Positions 1 to 12,818 of a DNA stretch of 64,000 bases are shown in pieces. A program made the position numbers and the translations under genes. Position 1 is the stretch's first letter. Each line of letters starts with the position of its first letter. Location: the NCBI GenBank assembly GCA_050273025.1, contig CP158635.1:10726001-10790000 (forward strand). Direction: 5' to 3'. The DNA comes from Cenococcum geophilum. Its lineage: Eukaryota. Under the pieces are notes generated by a model that saw only the letters and a program-made list of their open reading frames with translations, was not told the DNA's origin and did not search any database.

Positions 1-910
1 GGGCCCGGTTTTAAGATCGGGCAGTACTCTTTTAGCCTATTTTTAATTGCTACCTAGATCCTTTCTAGTCTTTGGTCGATTTCCTTGGGGGTGGCCAATA
101 AGCCTTACTCGTTTGGTATTAGGTGGATTTCTTCTAGGTTTTAGAGTTGTTATTTAACTATATTAAGGAAACTATTTATCTTAAGCTTCCTTATTACATA
201 TCTTTTTTTATTTAATTACGCTTTAGTATCTAGGTCTAGCTGTATCTAGATAGGGATATAGTCTAAGGTAAGTGCCTATTCTTCTTTAGGGTTACACCTT
301 TCAAGTCTCTAGTATAGGCCTTCGTCTATAAATGTAAGGTTAATTATGCTTCTGGCGGTGCCTTATTACCATATAATTGCTCCTAGGGGGGTGGCTAGCT
401 TAAGGCCCTAGATATCTATAGCTCTTAGTAGGCACTTTAACTGTTAATCTATAGCAATATAAATACCCTCCTACTGTAGGTAGTGGAGGTTTATGTCTCC
501 TAGTAGGATAGACTCTATACCTTTAGTTTCTAGTAAGCTTATTACTAATATAATATTCTCTATTTATGGGACCCCTTTAACCCTAGGGTTATATACATTA
601 ATAATTTATACCAGTTCCCTATATGTTTGGATTGTTATAACTATAATATCTAGGTTAACTACCTGCTATAACTATAAGAATAGGCTAATAGCCTTACTAA
701 TTATAAAGCACACGCGTATAGCTGCTTTTAGTTTATATAGGAGCTAGAATCCTTAGGGGCAGTATATTAATTGTATAAAGGTATTATAATACGGTTCTTA
801 TATAGCAAGGATATAATATTTCTCTAGGTCTAGACTGTCTAGTAGGGGCCTTATAAGGCGGTGGTTTATGTTGCTGTAGTTATACTGTATAATAGATAAG
901 TAGCGGACCC
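1..910 (-). pseudogene. Tad1-like LINE (family G) ORF2, N-terminal APE endonuclease, RIP-degraded; continues off the left edge
   Basis: Minus strand from ~905 reads LSIIQYN(C)SNINHRLIRPLLDSLDLEKY(H)ILAI(Q)EPYYN, the typical start of a LINE APE domain (QYN...ILAIQEP); many TAA/TAG stops revert to CAA/CAG/TGG. Confidence 0.85.
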
Positions 911-939
911 CCGGCAAGGGTCCTTCAACTCTCCTTTAT

Positions 940-2411
940 TCCTCGCTTTTTCTATTTCTACTTTCTCTAGAATATTTAGAGCTTCTATCTCTTATGTCTA
1001 CACCCTAGTTACTACTTATTTTATATAGAGCTTTCTATTCCCATATCTTATGTTCCTATTAGCGCTTCTATATCTAAATCTGTTATTATTACCGGTTCTT
1101 CCCCTATTCTTACTAGTCGGCTATATGCCCTTTATGGGTTAGCTGCGAATATTATATTTGCCGTATTAAGTCTAATTCTTAATTGTCCTGGTTTTAAGCC
1201 TGCTGTCGCTATTTATAGGGGTCTTCCTACGGGGCGTCCTCTCCCTTATATCCCCTGTAACCCTTATATCCCTAATCGGTCTGGTAATATTATATAGCGT
1301 TACTTCTGGCCCGTTAAGGCTTGGGATGGCTGGCCTAGCCCTCTAGTGTTAAAGGTAGGAAACGCTAAAAAGGCGTTTACGTCCCCCTGGCTTATCGCCT
1401 ATTGTTTCCATTCATATAACCTAGCGTATAGTTATTCCCGCAGCTATTAAGCCCTTGCCTTCCGTCTCCTATATTTAATGCAGTTTTCTCTCTCCTACGC
1501 CTTATATGTGCTTTAGTGGCAGTTTATGCATTTTATTTAGTTTTAATTTAAGTAATATCTTATATTGTGGGGGCCTATATAGTGGCCGCAGCACACCTGT
1601 GCTGCGTATATAGATTAGGTGTGTCCCTATTATATATAGTAATAGTATTATTCTAGGCGTAGTCTGTAGTTATAGAGCCTTATATTATATATAAGGCCAT
1701 TTATAATTATTTCTTTTTAGATAAGGAGTTTTTGCATTTCTGGTGTATATATACTAATAATAAGGGAGCCATACGTTCGTCTGGCGTCTCCCTAGCAAGT
1801 CTTCGGCGACCCTTATATCCTCTTATTATTCTTATTATATACTTAGTTTATATTTTCCTATTAAAGCTATTAGATTTGGGTAATTTTAAGTCCTAGTATA
1901 AGGCGTTCCATTTGTCTTACTATCTCCTATATAATTGCTATGTTGTTTGCCTAGCGTCCCTTTTCTACCCTAAGGCTTATAGGAACCGCTAGGACTTTAA
2001 CTAGGTAATCCTTACGGAGTACTTTTATGCCAATACGTTCTCCTAGCCTATCCCCTACCCTTATGGCTCGTTCCTTTGCCTATTAGTCCTTTAGGGTAAC
2101 TCTAATATCTCCGCTCTTAAGGTGTTGGACTATAATAGCGTTATAAACCTCTTTGCGTATCTTTATAAGGACTTCTGTTTCTAATTATCCCCTAAGCCCC
2201 TTTGCTTATTCTATGTTTGGTTATATTATAATTATATACCCAGTTATTAACTTAAGGGGGGTAGGTTCCCTATACTATAAAAGCGCAGCTATAGCGGCCT
2301 AGGTGCGGTTCGCCGGTAAAGGGGGGTTATGCTTATTTTTAATTTTGCTTAGCCATTAGAGGATTTAATTAAGGGTTTACTAAAGAGGCGCCTAAAGTTC
2401 GCTAGACTGGC
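940..2411 (-). pseudogene. Tad1-like LINE (family G) ORF1 (gag-like), 3' part with CCHC zinc knuckles
   Basis: Minus strand 1480-1660 de-RIPs to CxxC...GH....C, CCGHC.GPH....C and KCINCH..H.AW....C, the triple knuckle of fungal Tad1 ORF1. Interrupted at 2411 by gypsy A1. Boundaries approximate. Confidence 0.8.
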
Positions 2412-2604
2412 TGTCACGGAGCGCGGGTAATGGCTACAAAGCGTATGTATTCGGGGAGTTTACAAGACGTTGCGCGATCGATTATAAGGGTTGAGGGCGT
2501 AAGGAGGTAATATACCTACGCGTAGCTAACGTAAGCTGTACGCGAGGTGTATGCAAGAGCACGGGGCTCTCCTATAGAGGCCCCTACGGTAGGGTTCCGT
2601 GATA
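2412..2604 (-). repeat. A1 3' LTR
   Basis: Direct repeat of 8630-8822, differing essentially by C>T/G>A transitions; next to the PPT. Confidence 0.97.
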
Positions 2605-2929
2605 CTACCCCCCCTCTTATAGAGGTGGAGCTTCGGTAACGCTGTGGTTGCTATATATATATAGAAGGGACATTTAAGGTATAGAGAAGGAAAAGTAAAG
2701 GGGGTATTGCTAAGGGCTTGAAATAACGTTATATAATAAGGCTTAGCACCTAAGAATCCGACTAATTAGATAACTTTAACCGCCGGTCAAAGTTCCTGGA
2801 CATCTTATTAATATTCTGGTCACGTGATCGCATTTTGCTATTATGTGATAGCAATCTACGGCAATCTGACGGTAATTTGCCCTTACGTGGCAATATATAA
2901 CGGTTTAACTCTATAAGGGCTCTTATAGA

Positions 2930-5900
2930 GGATTAGGTATAAAATCTCTGCTTAGGCCCGGTTTCTGTGGGTTCGCGTAGTAAAAGTCGCTAATTAGGTC
3001 CTTTGCATTTTTAAAGTCTTTCTATAGTTGCCATTCTGGCTAATCTATGTTGAATCCTGTGTAGACAGCTCTATAGTAGAGCCGTCGTCCTTTACCTTTG
3101 CTAAAGTATTTAGAGTTGATGATTTATTTAACGGTCCACTCCTCGTGGTTCTTGTCTTTATTCTTATCTTGGATTAGTACTAGCGGGGGTTTAAGCTATA
3201 TCTGTCCCGGTAAGGGGTTAGGCTAGTAAAGGTGTAGTAGCTATAGGTAAAATATAGGCTATATCCCGTGGGTGGCTAGGGCAGGCGGGAGCTCTAGTTT
3301 GTATACAGCTCCCCTATTAATAACTTGTTTAATTGGATAGGGGCCGAGGTTCTTATAATCGAGTGACTTTATAGGCCTCTATATAGAGATATTACGTATA
3401 TCTAGCTATACCTAGTCGCCGACACGCATCTCCGGTGGTGGTATTCTGTAGCAGTTAGCGAAGTAAGCTTGTTTTGCTTGGGCCTAGGCCATCTCTCCTT
3501 TATAGTAGTCGAGTAGGTCTTTTATACGGTCTATATGTTAATCGGCAAGTAGCATCTTAAGGCGTTTTCTATATAGCAGTTTTTTATTAATAGGCTCTAG
3601 TGGCTCTATACCGGATTGTAGGTAATATCCTTTATTTGTAAAGAACGGGGTAAGTCCTATAGTGGCTAAGACGTAGTTATTTACTGTAAATTTACCTAGC
3701 GGAAGGTAGTTTACCTAGTTGTCCTAACTATAGGCGACTACTTATCGTAAGTACGCCTTTATACTAGCGTTAGCGTTTTCCGGTTATCCCGTAGTTTTGT
3801 AGTAAAAGGATATAGACATCTTAACGGAGATACTAAGGCGTTGGCAGATCCGCCTCTATACGTTAGAGTTAAATTACATACCTTAGTTAGACGTAATAGA
3901 GTTGGGTAACCCGTGTAGTCGGTAAACTTCGCGGAGGAAGGCGTCGGCAACGTCGCTTACGGCTACGCCTTTAGTTAGGACGTAGTGGCGTTCTTTTATA
4001 AGTTGGTATATTATTATAAGGATGTTCTTATAGGTTCGGCCATATCGCTTATAAGGCGGTAGGTTAATAACGAAATCTATAGCGATATCTGCCCATCGTT
4101 ATATAGGTACTAATAGAGGGTATAGCAGTCCTTAGTATTTTATATAAAATGCTTTAGTACGTTTATAGCTGTAGCAGGCGCTTATAAAGCGTTTAACTAA
4201 GTCTATTATTTTGGGCTAGAAGTAGTATCGGCTAAGAAGCTTATAGGTTCCTTTTTTACCTAGGTGGCCGCTTAATTGGAGGTTATAGGCCATTTAGATT
4301 AGTTGCCGTTGTAGGTCTTTTAAGTTAGGGATAAATAGACGGCCTTTATAATAGAGCCTATTTTCTTTTACTTCTAAGGCTGCTATATTAATCTGGCCTA
4401 AACTTTGGAGGTTAATAGGCAGTATACGGGTGCCGGCGATCTTTGCGGTAATTAGTTAATACAGTAATGGGTTGATAGGGGTGTTATATACTGTAGTAAT
4501 AAGTTTGTTAATTTTAGGGGGTAACTTTAGTTCTGTGGTATAAAGCTAAGGGGCGGTTGGTTTTGTCTTAGGTAGTATACCTAGGGCTAAGTTTCGTGCT
4601 TTTAGGATTGTTTGTCGTTAGAATTAATTATAAGGGTTATCTTCTAACTAAGGAAGGTCTTGCGAACGGCGTGTTAGGCTATTAGGCTTAGTACCTTATA
4701 CTCCTAGCCTATATACAATTTTAAAGTTAAAATCGGAGAGGAACTCGTTCTAACGTGCTTGGCGTTAGTTTAGTTATTTTGTAGTTATAAAGTACTTAAG
4801 GTTACGATAATCCGTAAGGACCTTAGTTAGCTAGTCAGGTTCTGCTAAAGAGAGTTCTAGTTAGAATTCCTTAAACGCTTATATAATTGCGAGGAGTTCC
4901 TTATTATAGATCTTGTAGTTATATTCTTATAGTATAAGCTTAGACGAGTAGAATATAACTAGGTAGAGGAGACCGTTGTTACCCATCTAGGAGAGGACGC
5001 TCGCGTTAACGTAGTTTAAGGAGTTAGTCTTAAGATAGAGTTATCGTCCTAGTATAAAGTGAGCTAGGATAGGTACTTTAGTAAACGCATCTTTTAAGTC
5101 TTGGAACGCCTTTTCGCATTTAGGCGTCTAAATAAAACGTAGATATATTTTTCTTCCTTTCGCGAAAAGGCCCTTTGTTTGCATTATTGCTATAAATAGT
5201 ACTATAATACCTAAGAAGTTGTATATAAATTTCTAATAGAAGTTAGTAAAACTAAGGAAGGCTTATACGTCCTTAATGTAGGTAGGGGTTTACTATCTGG
5301 TAATTATGCATACTTTTTCGGGGTCTATACGGATACCCTTAGTAGTAATAATTAGTCTAAGGTATTTTACTTCTGTGACTGAGAATTCGCACTTCTTTAA
5401 ATTAATATAAAGTTCTATGTCTCTAAGGCGCTATAGGACCTTTTAAACGTGCTCGGTATGCTTAGAAGGGTTATTGTTATAAATAAGTATATCGTCCAGG
5501 TATGCGGAGTAGAAGTCGTTAAGGTAGTTCTGTAAGGTATTATTAATATAGCTTTAGAAGCTACCTAGGCTATTATATACGCCGAAAGGCATAATGGTGT
5601 ATTTAAATTGGCTAAAGCGCGATACAAATACGGTTTTCTATTCGTCACCTTCCCGTATTCGGAGGCGGTTAAAGGCGGCGATAATATTGAGTTTAGTATA
5701 GATTTTAGCTTAGCTAAGCTATTTAAGGGTCTCGCGTATAAGCGGTATAGGGTATTAGTTCTTAATTATAATAGCGTTAAGTCCTCTATAGTTAACGCAG
5801 AATTAAATACCTCCTTTTAGCTTTTTAGTAAGGAGGATAGGGGTGGCTGCTAGGGATATGCTAGGACGAATAAACCCTTTGTTAAGGTGCTCGTCAATAT

Positions 5901-6885
5901 ACTTTTTAACAACTAAGAGTTCGTCTTTTAATATTAGGTAGGGTCTCTTATAGGGTGGCGTTTTTCCTTATTTAATATTAATAGTATAGTCGTTAGGTTG
6001 ATATAGGGGGAGTATATCTACGCTCTTTTATAAGTATACGTCGATAAAGTTATAGTATCTCTTAGGGAGGAGCTTACGGAGTTCCTTATTAGTAAGTCCT
6101 TTTTTAAGCTTTATAAACTTCTTAAAGTCTAAAGGTAAAAGTCCGTAGAGTTTTGCGGGGGCATTGTTTTCTAGAAGGTTAACTATATTTATCCTGTTAC
6201 TATAGAGGACGTGGTTCTAATCTTTATTAAGCTTATATAGTCGTAATTAGGAGGCTACGGCAACGGTCTAGCCTTTCCTACGTACTATACGGTAGAAGGC
6301 CGCGGCGCTTATATGGTAGTAGTTGGTCGTAGGTAGGGTAATAAGGGTTTCCTTAGGTTAATGTCCTGGGGAGTAAATAGAGGCGGCTAGGCCGTGCCCT
6401 AGGCAAGTCTCTCTACAGTATTTAAAGTTAAAGGTTATTTCTTTCTTTTGCCAGTTAATGGCGGGGTTGTATTATTTAAGCTAGTTTATTCTAAGGATAA
6501 TAGGGTAGTTTGTAAGTGGTATAATATAGGCCCAGAGCTCCTCCTGGTGTCCGTTTATATTTAGGTAGAGTTATGCTATATAGGTAATCTTTTATACAGT
6601 ATAACTACCATTAGCGAGTTATAGGGCGCGGGCTTTAGTGAGGGGTAAGGTAGGTAGGTTATAAGTACGCACAAATTAGGTATCTATAAATTTATTAGTA
6701 GCTCCGCAGTTAATTATAAAACGGGTTTTATATTATTTCTTAGCGGTAGTTCCCTCTATAGGTAAAACTATTTACTTCTATTCTTTTATTCTTACTAAGC
6801 TATCTATTAAGTAAGCTAATATATAGATCCCTTTATTGTTAGAGTGTCCTAACCTATAACTTAAGGCTGGGACTTTACGTTTTCC
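2930..6885 (-). pseudogene. pol: A1 pol (protease, RT, RNase H, integrase, chromodomain), RIP-inactivated
   Basis: De-RIP motifs: RFII(D)CGATNKFID (~6700-6730), SAYLDDILIY (~5480-5510), (E)TDS(SD)YV (~5010-5035), HHCC integrase finger (~4160-4290), chromodomain HEEWTV..II(D)SK...YYR (~3010-3150). Putative GGAAAAC -1 frameshift site at ~6878-6886. Confidence 0.9.
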
Positions 6886-8462
6886 GCTTCCGCGTCTAAT
6901 TCTACTACCGTTACTGCATCTTCGTCTTATATAGTAGCGGCGTGTAGTAACGTATTTAGTGTCCGGGGCATAGGGTTAGGTATTTAATAGCGGCTGCTAA
7001 ACCTAGCCATTAGGCAGTTTAGGCTATAGCTATAATAGCCTTCTTAACGGCATCTATAGCAACGCCTTAGTTTCTAGAGTAGCTCGCGCTCTCTATCTAG
7101 TAGCTTCTTTAGGAAGGCTAGTATAGAGAGGTTAATATTAGGACCAGTGGTATTACTTAGGGTAGTAGGCGTTAGTAGTTTAGTAGGTCCGGAGGGCTTC
7201 TATAGGGAGGTCTTTAGGCGGGGGTTTGCAGTAGTAATCTGGTTTAGCTGTTGTTTAATCTTCTATAGGGCTGCTACTATATCGTAAACGTTGTTATAGT
7301 TATGGCTAGCGGCTGCGTGACTAAGGCGATAAGTGACTTTTTTAAGGAGATCTTTCTGGTCTTTAGCGTTGTCTTAGGCGAGGACTCTGGTATATTCCTA
7401 GAATTTAATATAAAACTCGTTAAATAATTTAATAGGACTTATTTTTAGGGCGCGTAGTTTAGCTTGACTAGTGGCCACTAGGTTATAGTCGCGGTATATT
7501 TAGTTAAGGTTATTAAGGATTTTTTAGTAGAACTACCACTTCCGGGGATTGCTAGTCTCCTATTAAGCGAAAAGCCTATTAAATAGGATACCCTTTATTT
7601 GTCCGATAATATAGCTAATCTTAGTATCTTCTATAAGGAAAAGGTAGGCGCTCTAGGTTAGTTTCTCGCGGGTTTATATCTTCTAGTGGCTGTATTCCTT
7701 ATAGTTATCCTTAAAGATTAGGGGATCGGGGTAGCGTGTATTAGACCCTATAGTAGTAGTTTAGGTTTAATTATTATAGCTTTCGTCGTCGCCGCTACTA
7801 TAGTAGGGGTTCCTATTAGGTAAAGCTGCTTAGCGCTAACCTTCCGTTAAGCATTAAGTAGGTAAGGTTGCTAAGGGCGTAGAGACTTAAGTGGCGTTAT
7901 ATGTAGTAAAGAGGTATCTAGTATTATTACGAATATGCTTGTTAAGCTAAGATTATAGGTATTTAATTATACCCTCTCTTTTGGTAACTGTAGCAATAAG
8001 TATAATCTTGGCCTTCTTTAATTGTTAGACGTCGCGTTTAGACGCATAGAGGTCGTCTTTAATCTCTTAGCGTGTATTATTAGCGAGCGCCTTATAAGCT
8101 TATAGGTCTTAGATAATATCATAATCTTAGGTAGTACGCATCTTAGCTTATATAAGCTTTAGATAGTAGTTCTATAGAAGGCGGTAGTATTTGTCAGGTT
8201 CTCGTGCTACCATTTTTATAAACATCTCGGTGTCTCGTATCTTAATCTTAATAGGTAGTAGCCCTTCGGCTTATTTATCCGTGGTTATATAGTCAATAAA
8301 GGATAAGACATTATTAATATCCCCCTTATAGTCGTTGTAGTCTTTTAAGCCACTAGGCTTTCCTTTAGGGGTTAAGGCTAGGGCTAATAAATTAAATCCT
8401 TCTAAGACTAATTGGTGTCGTGGTTTCGATGTAGGTATTAGGTTATTCTTTAAGTTTAACAT
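6860..8462 (-). pseudogene. gag: A1 gag, RIP-inactivated
   Basis: Starts at ORF-track 8271-8462; later YPDPLIF.D...EY..W and a terminal RCYRC...GH knuckle at ~7030-7070; colinear with A2 gag. Confidence 0.8.
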
Positions 8463-8629
8463 AGTAGCTAGTAAGGAATTTCGTCTTACTATTATTAATT
8501 CTTTAGGAGTACGAAGTAAGGTAACTTATAGACACGCTGCTTCTGGCAGCGTCTACGGTATCATAGAGACGTAAAATTAGTCGTAGGCTAAGCGTCGGTA
8601 AAGAAGAAAAAAAAAAAGGCGCAACGTAA

Positions 8630-8822
8630 TGTCACGGAGCGCGGGCAATGGCTACAAAGCGTATATATTCGGGGAGTCTACAAGACGTTGCGCGATCGAT
8701 CGTAAGGGTCGAGGGCGTAAGGAGGTGATATACCTACGCGTAGCTGACGTAAGCTGTACGCGAGGTGTACGCGAGAGCACGGGGCTCTCCTATGGAGGCC
8801 CCTACGGTGGGGTTCCGTGACA
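8630..8822 (-). repeat. A1 5' LTR
   Basis: TGTCACGG...CCGTGACA perfect terminal inverted ends; followed by TSD CTGGC. Confidence 0.97.
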
Positions 8823-9152
8823 CTGGCGGAGCCATTCTACTAGCTACATTAGTTCATTATAGCTAACGGTTACTCCCCCGCAATTTTGGATACTAGACGC
8901 GTCTAATAGGCTTTATATTTTATCAGATGCCTTCTTAATAGAGGTATTTCCGCTTTGTAGTGTGGTATTCGCCCGTCTTTGTTATGGAGGGCCATTGTTG
9001 GGCGTAGTTCTAGCAGTCGCGCGCGAGTGCGAGCCACCGTCGTTCGACGTATGCCTTCCCTGCGATGCATACATCTCAGGGGGATTCTCTGGGTGTTTTT
9101 CAGGGTTCTTTTGGTTGGTTTTGGTCTTTTTTGGGCCGGGTGCAGCAAGAGC
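8823..9152 (-). mobile_element. 5' end of LINE G (5' UTR and ORF1 start)
   Basis: Continues across the CTGGC TSD from 2411; ATG at ~8995 (MALHNKDGRIPHYKAEIP); GC-rich UTR ends where gypsy B sequence resumes at ~9153 (boundary +/-10 bp). Confidence 0.75.
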
Positions 9153-10449
9153 TCCTAGATAGATATATATAAGAACTGAGAAGCAAAGTATATCCTAAAA
9201 AGCACAGCAGAGCACCTTACAGAAGACCCCTATAAGGGAATAACTTAAGGACACAACGGAGTAATAGGCTTAGTGTTAAGGCTTTAAGAAGAATATATTA
9301 TTAACGGAATTTAGAGTATAGTTAGGAAGGTAATAAGAAAGTATCTAAATTACTAAAGAAATAAACTAATAAGGCATAAGCTATATAGAGGGCTATAACC
9401 TATTAAAATACTAGAAAGATTATCGGAGGTTATATTATAGGACTTTATTATTAAGTTACTAAAGTTAAGAGATCCTATTACCAAATAGGAATATAACGTA
9501 ATCCTAGTAATAGTAAATAAGTTAACTAAATAGGGCTACTTTATAGCATATATAGAAGAAATCTTAGCAGAAGATATAGCTAGAATCTATATTAAAGAAG
9601 TATTTATAAGGCACGGAGCACTAAGTAAGATTATATTAGATAGGGACCTAAGATTTATAGCAGCATTCTAAAAGGTATTCTTAGCGGAATAGGGAGTAAG
9701 AGCAGCAACTTCTACTATATATTATCTACAGACGGATAGATAAATAAAAAGATTAAATTAGACGCTAGAACAGTATCTAAGATATTATATTAATTACGTA
9801 TAGAATAATTAGGTATTATTATTACTAGTTATATAGTTTATATATAATATAACACCACAGGAAGGGGTAGGTATATTACTATAATAAGTAAAGAAAATAA
9901 GTGGTATAGCTAAAGAAAGAATAAAGAGATTAATAAATCTTTATATAGACCTTATAGAATTAGTAAAAAAGGTATAAAAAATAATAATAAGGTACTATAA
10001 CGCTAAGAGATCTAAGGGACCAGATCTTAAAGAGGGGGACAAAGTATAGCTACTACATAAAAATTTTAAGAGTTGACGACTAAGTAAAAAATTAGACTAT
10101 ATTAGACTAGGACCCTTTAAACTTATATAGAGGATTTTACCGGTTATATTTAAGTTAAACTTACTAGCTAAGATAAAGATCTACCCTATATAATATATTA
10201 TAATACTAAAGCTAGCACACGGGAATATTAAGCCACTAATTTATAAAGTAAACATGTATAAAGAATAAGAGGAAGATAAATAGTAAGTTTTAAAAATTAT
10301 TAGTTATAAGGATATTAATAATAAAATATAATATAAGGTTAAGTAGATAGGCTATAATAAGACTACCTAGAAACTACTATAGAACCTAAAAAACGCTATA
10401 GGAAAGGTATAGGAGTATTAAAAGAGAATAGGTTAGGCAATATTAAGAA

Positions 10450-11057
10450 AGAGCTAAAGATAAAAGGATTAGTTAAAGGTAATAAACAAGCCGGATTATC
10501 TAAGGGATCTACTACTAGTATATTAGCTGTTTCCGCCTCTTCCTAATTAGAATCCTTTTTAGCCTTCTTAGCCTTAAGCTTAGACAGACCTTACTCTACT
10601 AAACGTAACTCCTTTAAGCGCACCTTTTTATAAACCTTTACTAGACGGCTTAGGCGAGTATAAGTATTAAGTTAAGCTTTTAGAGCCTAAGACACCTTAT
10701 TAAAAATAACGCTAAACCTTAATAAGGGCCTTAGCTAGCTTACTCTCTAGTTTTTCGGCTACTACTAATATATAAGACCTTAAAACAAATTAGATAAGAA
10801 ACCAGACGGTTATAAAAAACAATAAAACGTGTATATTTAGCATTAGAGATAGATTAAATATTGTAAAATAATCGCATATTTACTTGCGTATACTTAGTAT
10901 ATAAAGAAGGTTAGTAACTAGATGAAGCCGCGATTGTAATATATACTAACTTCTTCTCCATATAACGAGAATAGGACGGCATAACTTCACTAAGTAAAAG
11001 AATAAATATTACCAGCTGATTATGATAATTAGACGCAGAGGATTTAATAAAAGGTAT
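10450..11057 (-). pseudogene. Antisense Zn2Cys6-like/coiled-coil gene of B1 (RIP-degraded)
   Basis: Minus strand de-RIPs to MP..KSSASN..NQLV.FIL.L.EVMPS(C)SR(C).EKKLV(C)...AASSS..PS.(C).(E)(C)TQ.NMR..(C); homologous to 26145-26850 and 42920-43527. 3' end approximate. Confidence 0.65.
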
Positions 11058-11165
11058 TAAGAATAATAAAGGTTATTAAATTAAAAATGGGAATGTTATA
11101 CCTTTAATAGATAACTTAGAGATAGGAGATATCTTTAAGGACAAAGATAAAGAGGAGGGGGATAG

Positions 11166-11566
11166 TGTTACGGACCTTATATTAGCAGTAGTATAGCTAC
11201 TAAAAAGAGATATAAATAGGTTAGTTAAAATAGTACGGGAGGTGCTAGAACTAGTTAAGCTATAGGATAAAAGGTAGCTAAGTTACGTAGTTAGTTATAT
11301 TATAAGTTTGGAATATAGGAACGTAACGTACCGATATATTAATATACTAACGCACTTAGTATATTTCTTAGACGTAGTATTATATATTTAAAGGACTACA
11401 GTCCCTACCTAGATAGTTCTCTTCTTTATAGTAAATCTTAGAATATAATTAGAGTTAATCTGTTAGGTAACTACTCTAGTTATATTTACGTTGTTAACTA
11501 TTCTATACCTATATACCCAGCCCATTAACAAGTCTATCGTAGTATTTCCTATAAGGCTTTATTATA
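11166..11566 (+). repeat. B1 3' LTR (~401 bp)
   Basis: TGTTACGGACC start after the PPT; matches 34142-34547 and 43636-44016. Confidence 0.93.
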
Positions 11567-12219
11567 AGCTTTGCTTTAGTAGTTAAATAAGTTACTAATT
11601 ATTATAGGGTTACCTTCTAATTGATTAGTCCTCTAAATAGTATAAATAGGTATCCTTAAGAGCTCCGTCTAGTCTCTTTATAGTCTATAAATGCTATATT
11701 AGATACTCTATAAAAGGTAATATCTTTTCCTTTTAGGTTTCTAAAGTAAATATATACTCTAAATACTTCGCTAGAGTATTTAATACCTGTTAATTTTGTT
11801 TTAAGGTAATAGGTAATAGCTTAGTTTAATACGTCGAGATGTTTTTAATTTAGATTAGTAAGAAATTCGGCTAGTTTTAAATGTGTCTTAGTAATACTAG
11901 GCCTTTTAAATACAGCTAGGTAAGCTAGTAAGCCAACCTATTACTAGTAGGCTAGTGTTCTTTAAGGGTTTATCTACTAATTAGATAGAATTAGTTTATT
12001 AGGTAGTAGTATTTTAAGGAACCTTTCTAGTTAGATATTAAATTAACTGGCTATCTTTTTAATATAGGAATCTTAGTGGAGCTAGAGCTTTCTACTTGCC
12101 TAGTTTTATTTAATTTAAATTCCTAGAAACTACTATAGGTCTCCTAATACACGGATCTTATATTAGTGCAGTAGTTTAGCTTTAAATTCTTCTAGTTTTA
12201 AAAGGTCCTTTTTAGTAAA

Positions 12220-12818
12220 TGTTAGGTAATTCGTTACCTCGCCTATATATATTATTCCGCACAGCCGTGCCTGGCATTAAGCCAGTTACTCGTTTACCTT
12301 TTATAGGTTTATATAGCTAAGTAGTGCGGAGCTTATTACCTTATATAGTGACTGGCTTAATACCCGGGGCCTTATAGGTTTAAACCTTGTTTATACCCTA
12401 GGCTGACTTAAGGACAGCCTGCTAATTGTATAATTAAAGGAGCTGGTTACGTAACTAAGCCTTAGCTTAGTTGGGTTAATACCATAACCAAAGACACCGG
12501 TCCCTACGATTAAAGCGTAAGGCGGCCTCTTTAGGCGCCGTGCTGTAGCTGCTAGAGGTCTAGTATATTAAGCGTGACAACCCCTAAGGTATAATAACGT
12601 ATTAGCGACCGTAGCCTAGCCTAATCCTGCGCCCCTAAGCCTATGGGACAAGAAGTTATACCTAAGGACAGTCGCCATTAGAAGGGATACATTGTTAGGT
12701 AATTCGTTACCTCGCCTATATATATTGTTCCGTACAGCTATGCCTAGCATTAAGCTAGTTACTCGTTTACCTTTTATAGGTTTGTGTGGCTAAGTGGTGC
12801 GGAGCTTATTACCTTATA
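12220..12818 (+). mobile_element. TRIM (terminal-repeat retrotransposon in miniature), TRIM1, 599 bp
   Basis: 126-bp direct repeats at 12220-12345 and 12693-12818 starting TGTTAGGTAAT; 347-bp non-coding interior; purine run AGAAGGGA before the second LTR; TSD GTAAA at 12215-12219 and 12819-12823. Confidence 0.93.

Larger units (their letters stand above)
2412..8822 (-). mobile_element. Full-length Ty3/gypsy chromovirus, family A copy 1 (A1), 6411 bp
   Basis: 193-bp LTRs at 2412-2604 and 8630-8822 (TG...CA, one end RIP-changed to TA); 5-bp TSD CTGGC at 2407-2411 and 8823-8827; polypurine tract (plus-strand CTACCCCCC) at 2605; domain order gag, PR, RT, RH, IN, chromodomain on the minus strand. 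Confidence 0.97.
9153..11566 (+). mobile_element. Ty3/gypsy chromovirus family B copy 1 (B1): integrase, chromodomain, 3' region and 3' LTR; 5' part displaced by LINE G
   Basis: Colinear with 41590-44016 (B3). Integrase motifs (W)DFIIKL.K, IISDRDPRF, YHPQTDGQ; PPT AGAGGAGGGGGATAG at 11151-11165; LTR 11166-11566. Confidence 0.92.

Noticed and set aside
493..9162. Short ORF-track entries (493, 3759, 5608, 8271, 8629, 8903, 8962) as host genes
   Set aside because: All lie within LINE G or gypsy A1 as antisense or out-of-frame readings, or as stop-bounded fragments of gag/ORF1.
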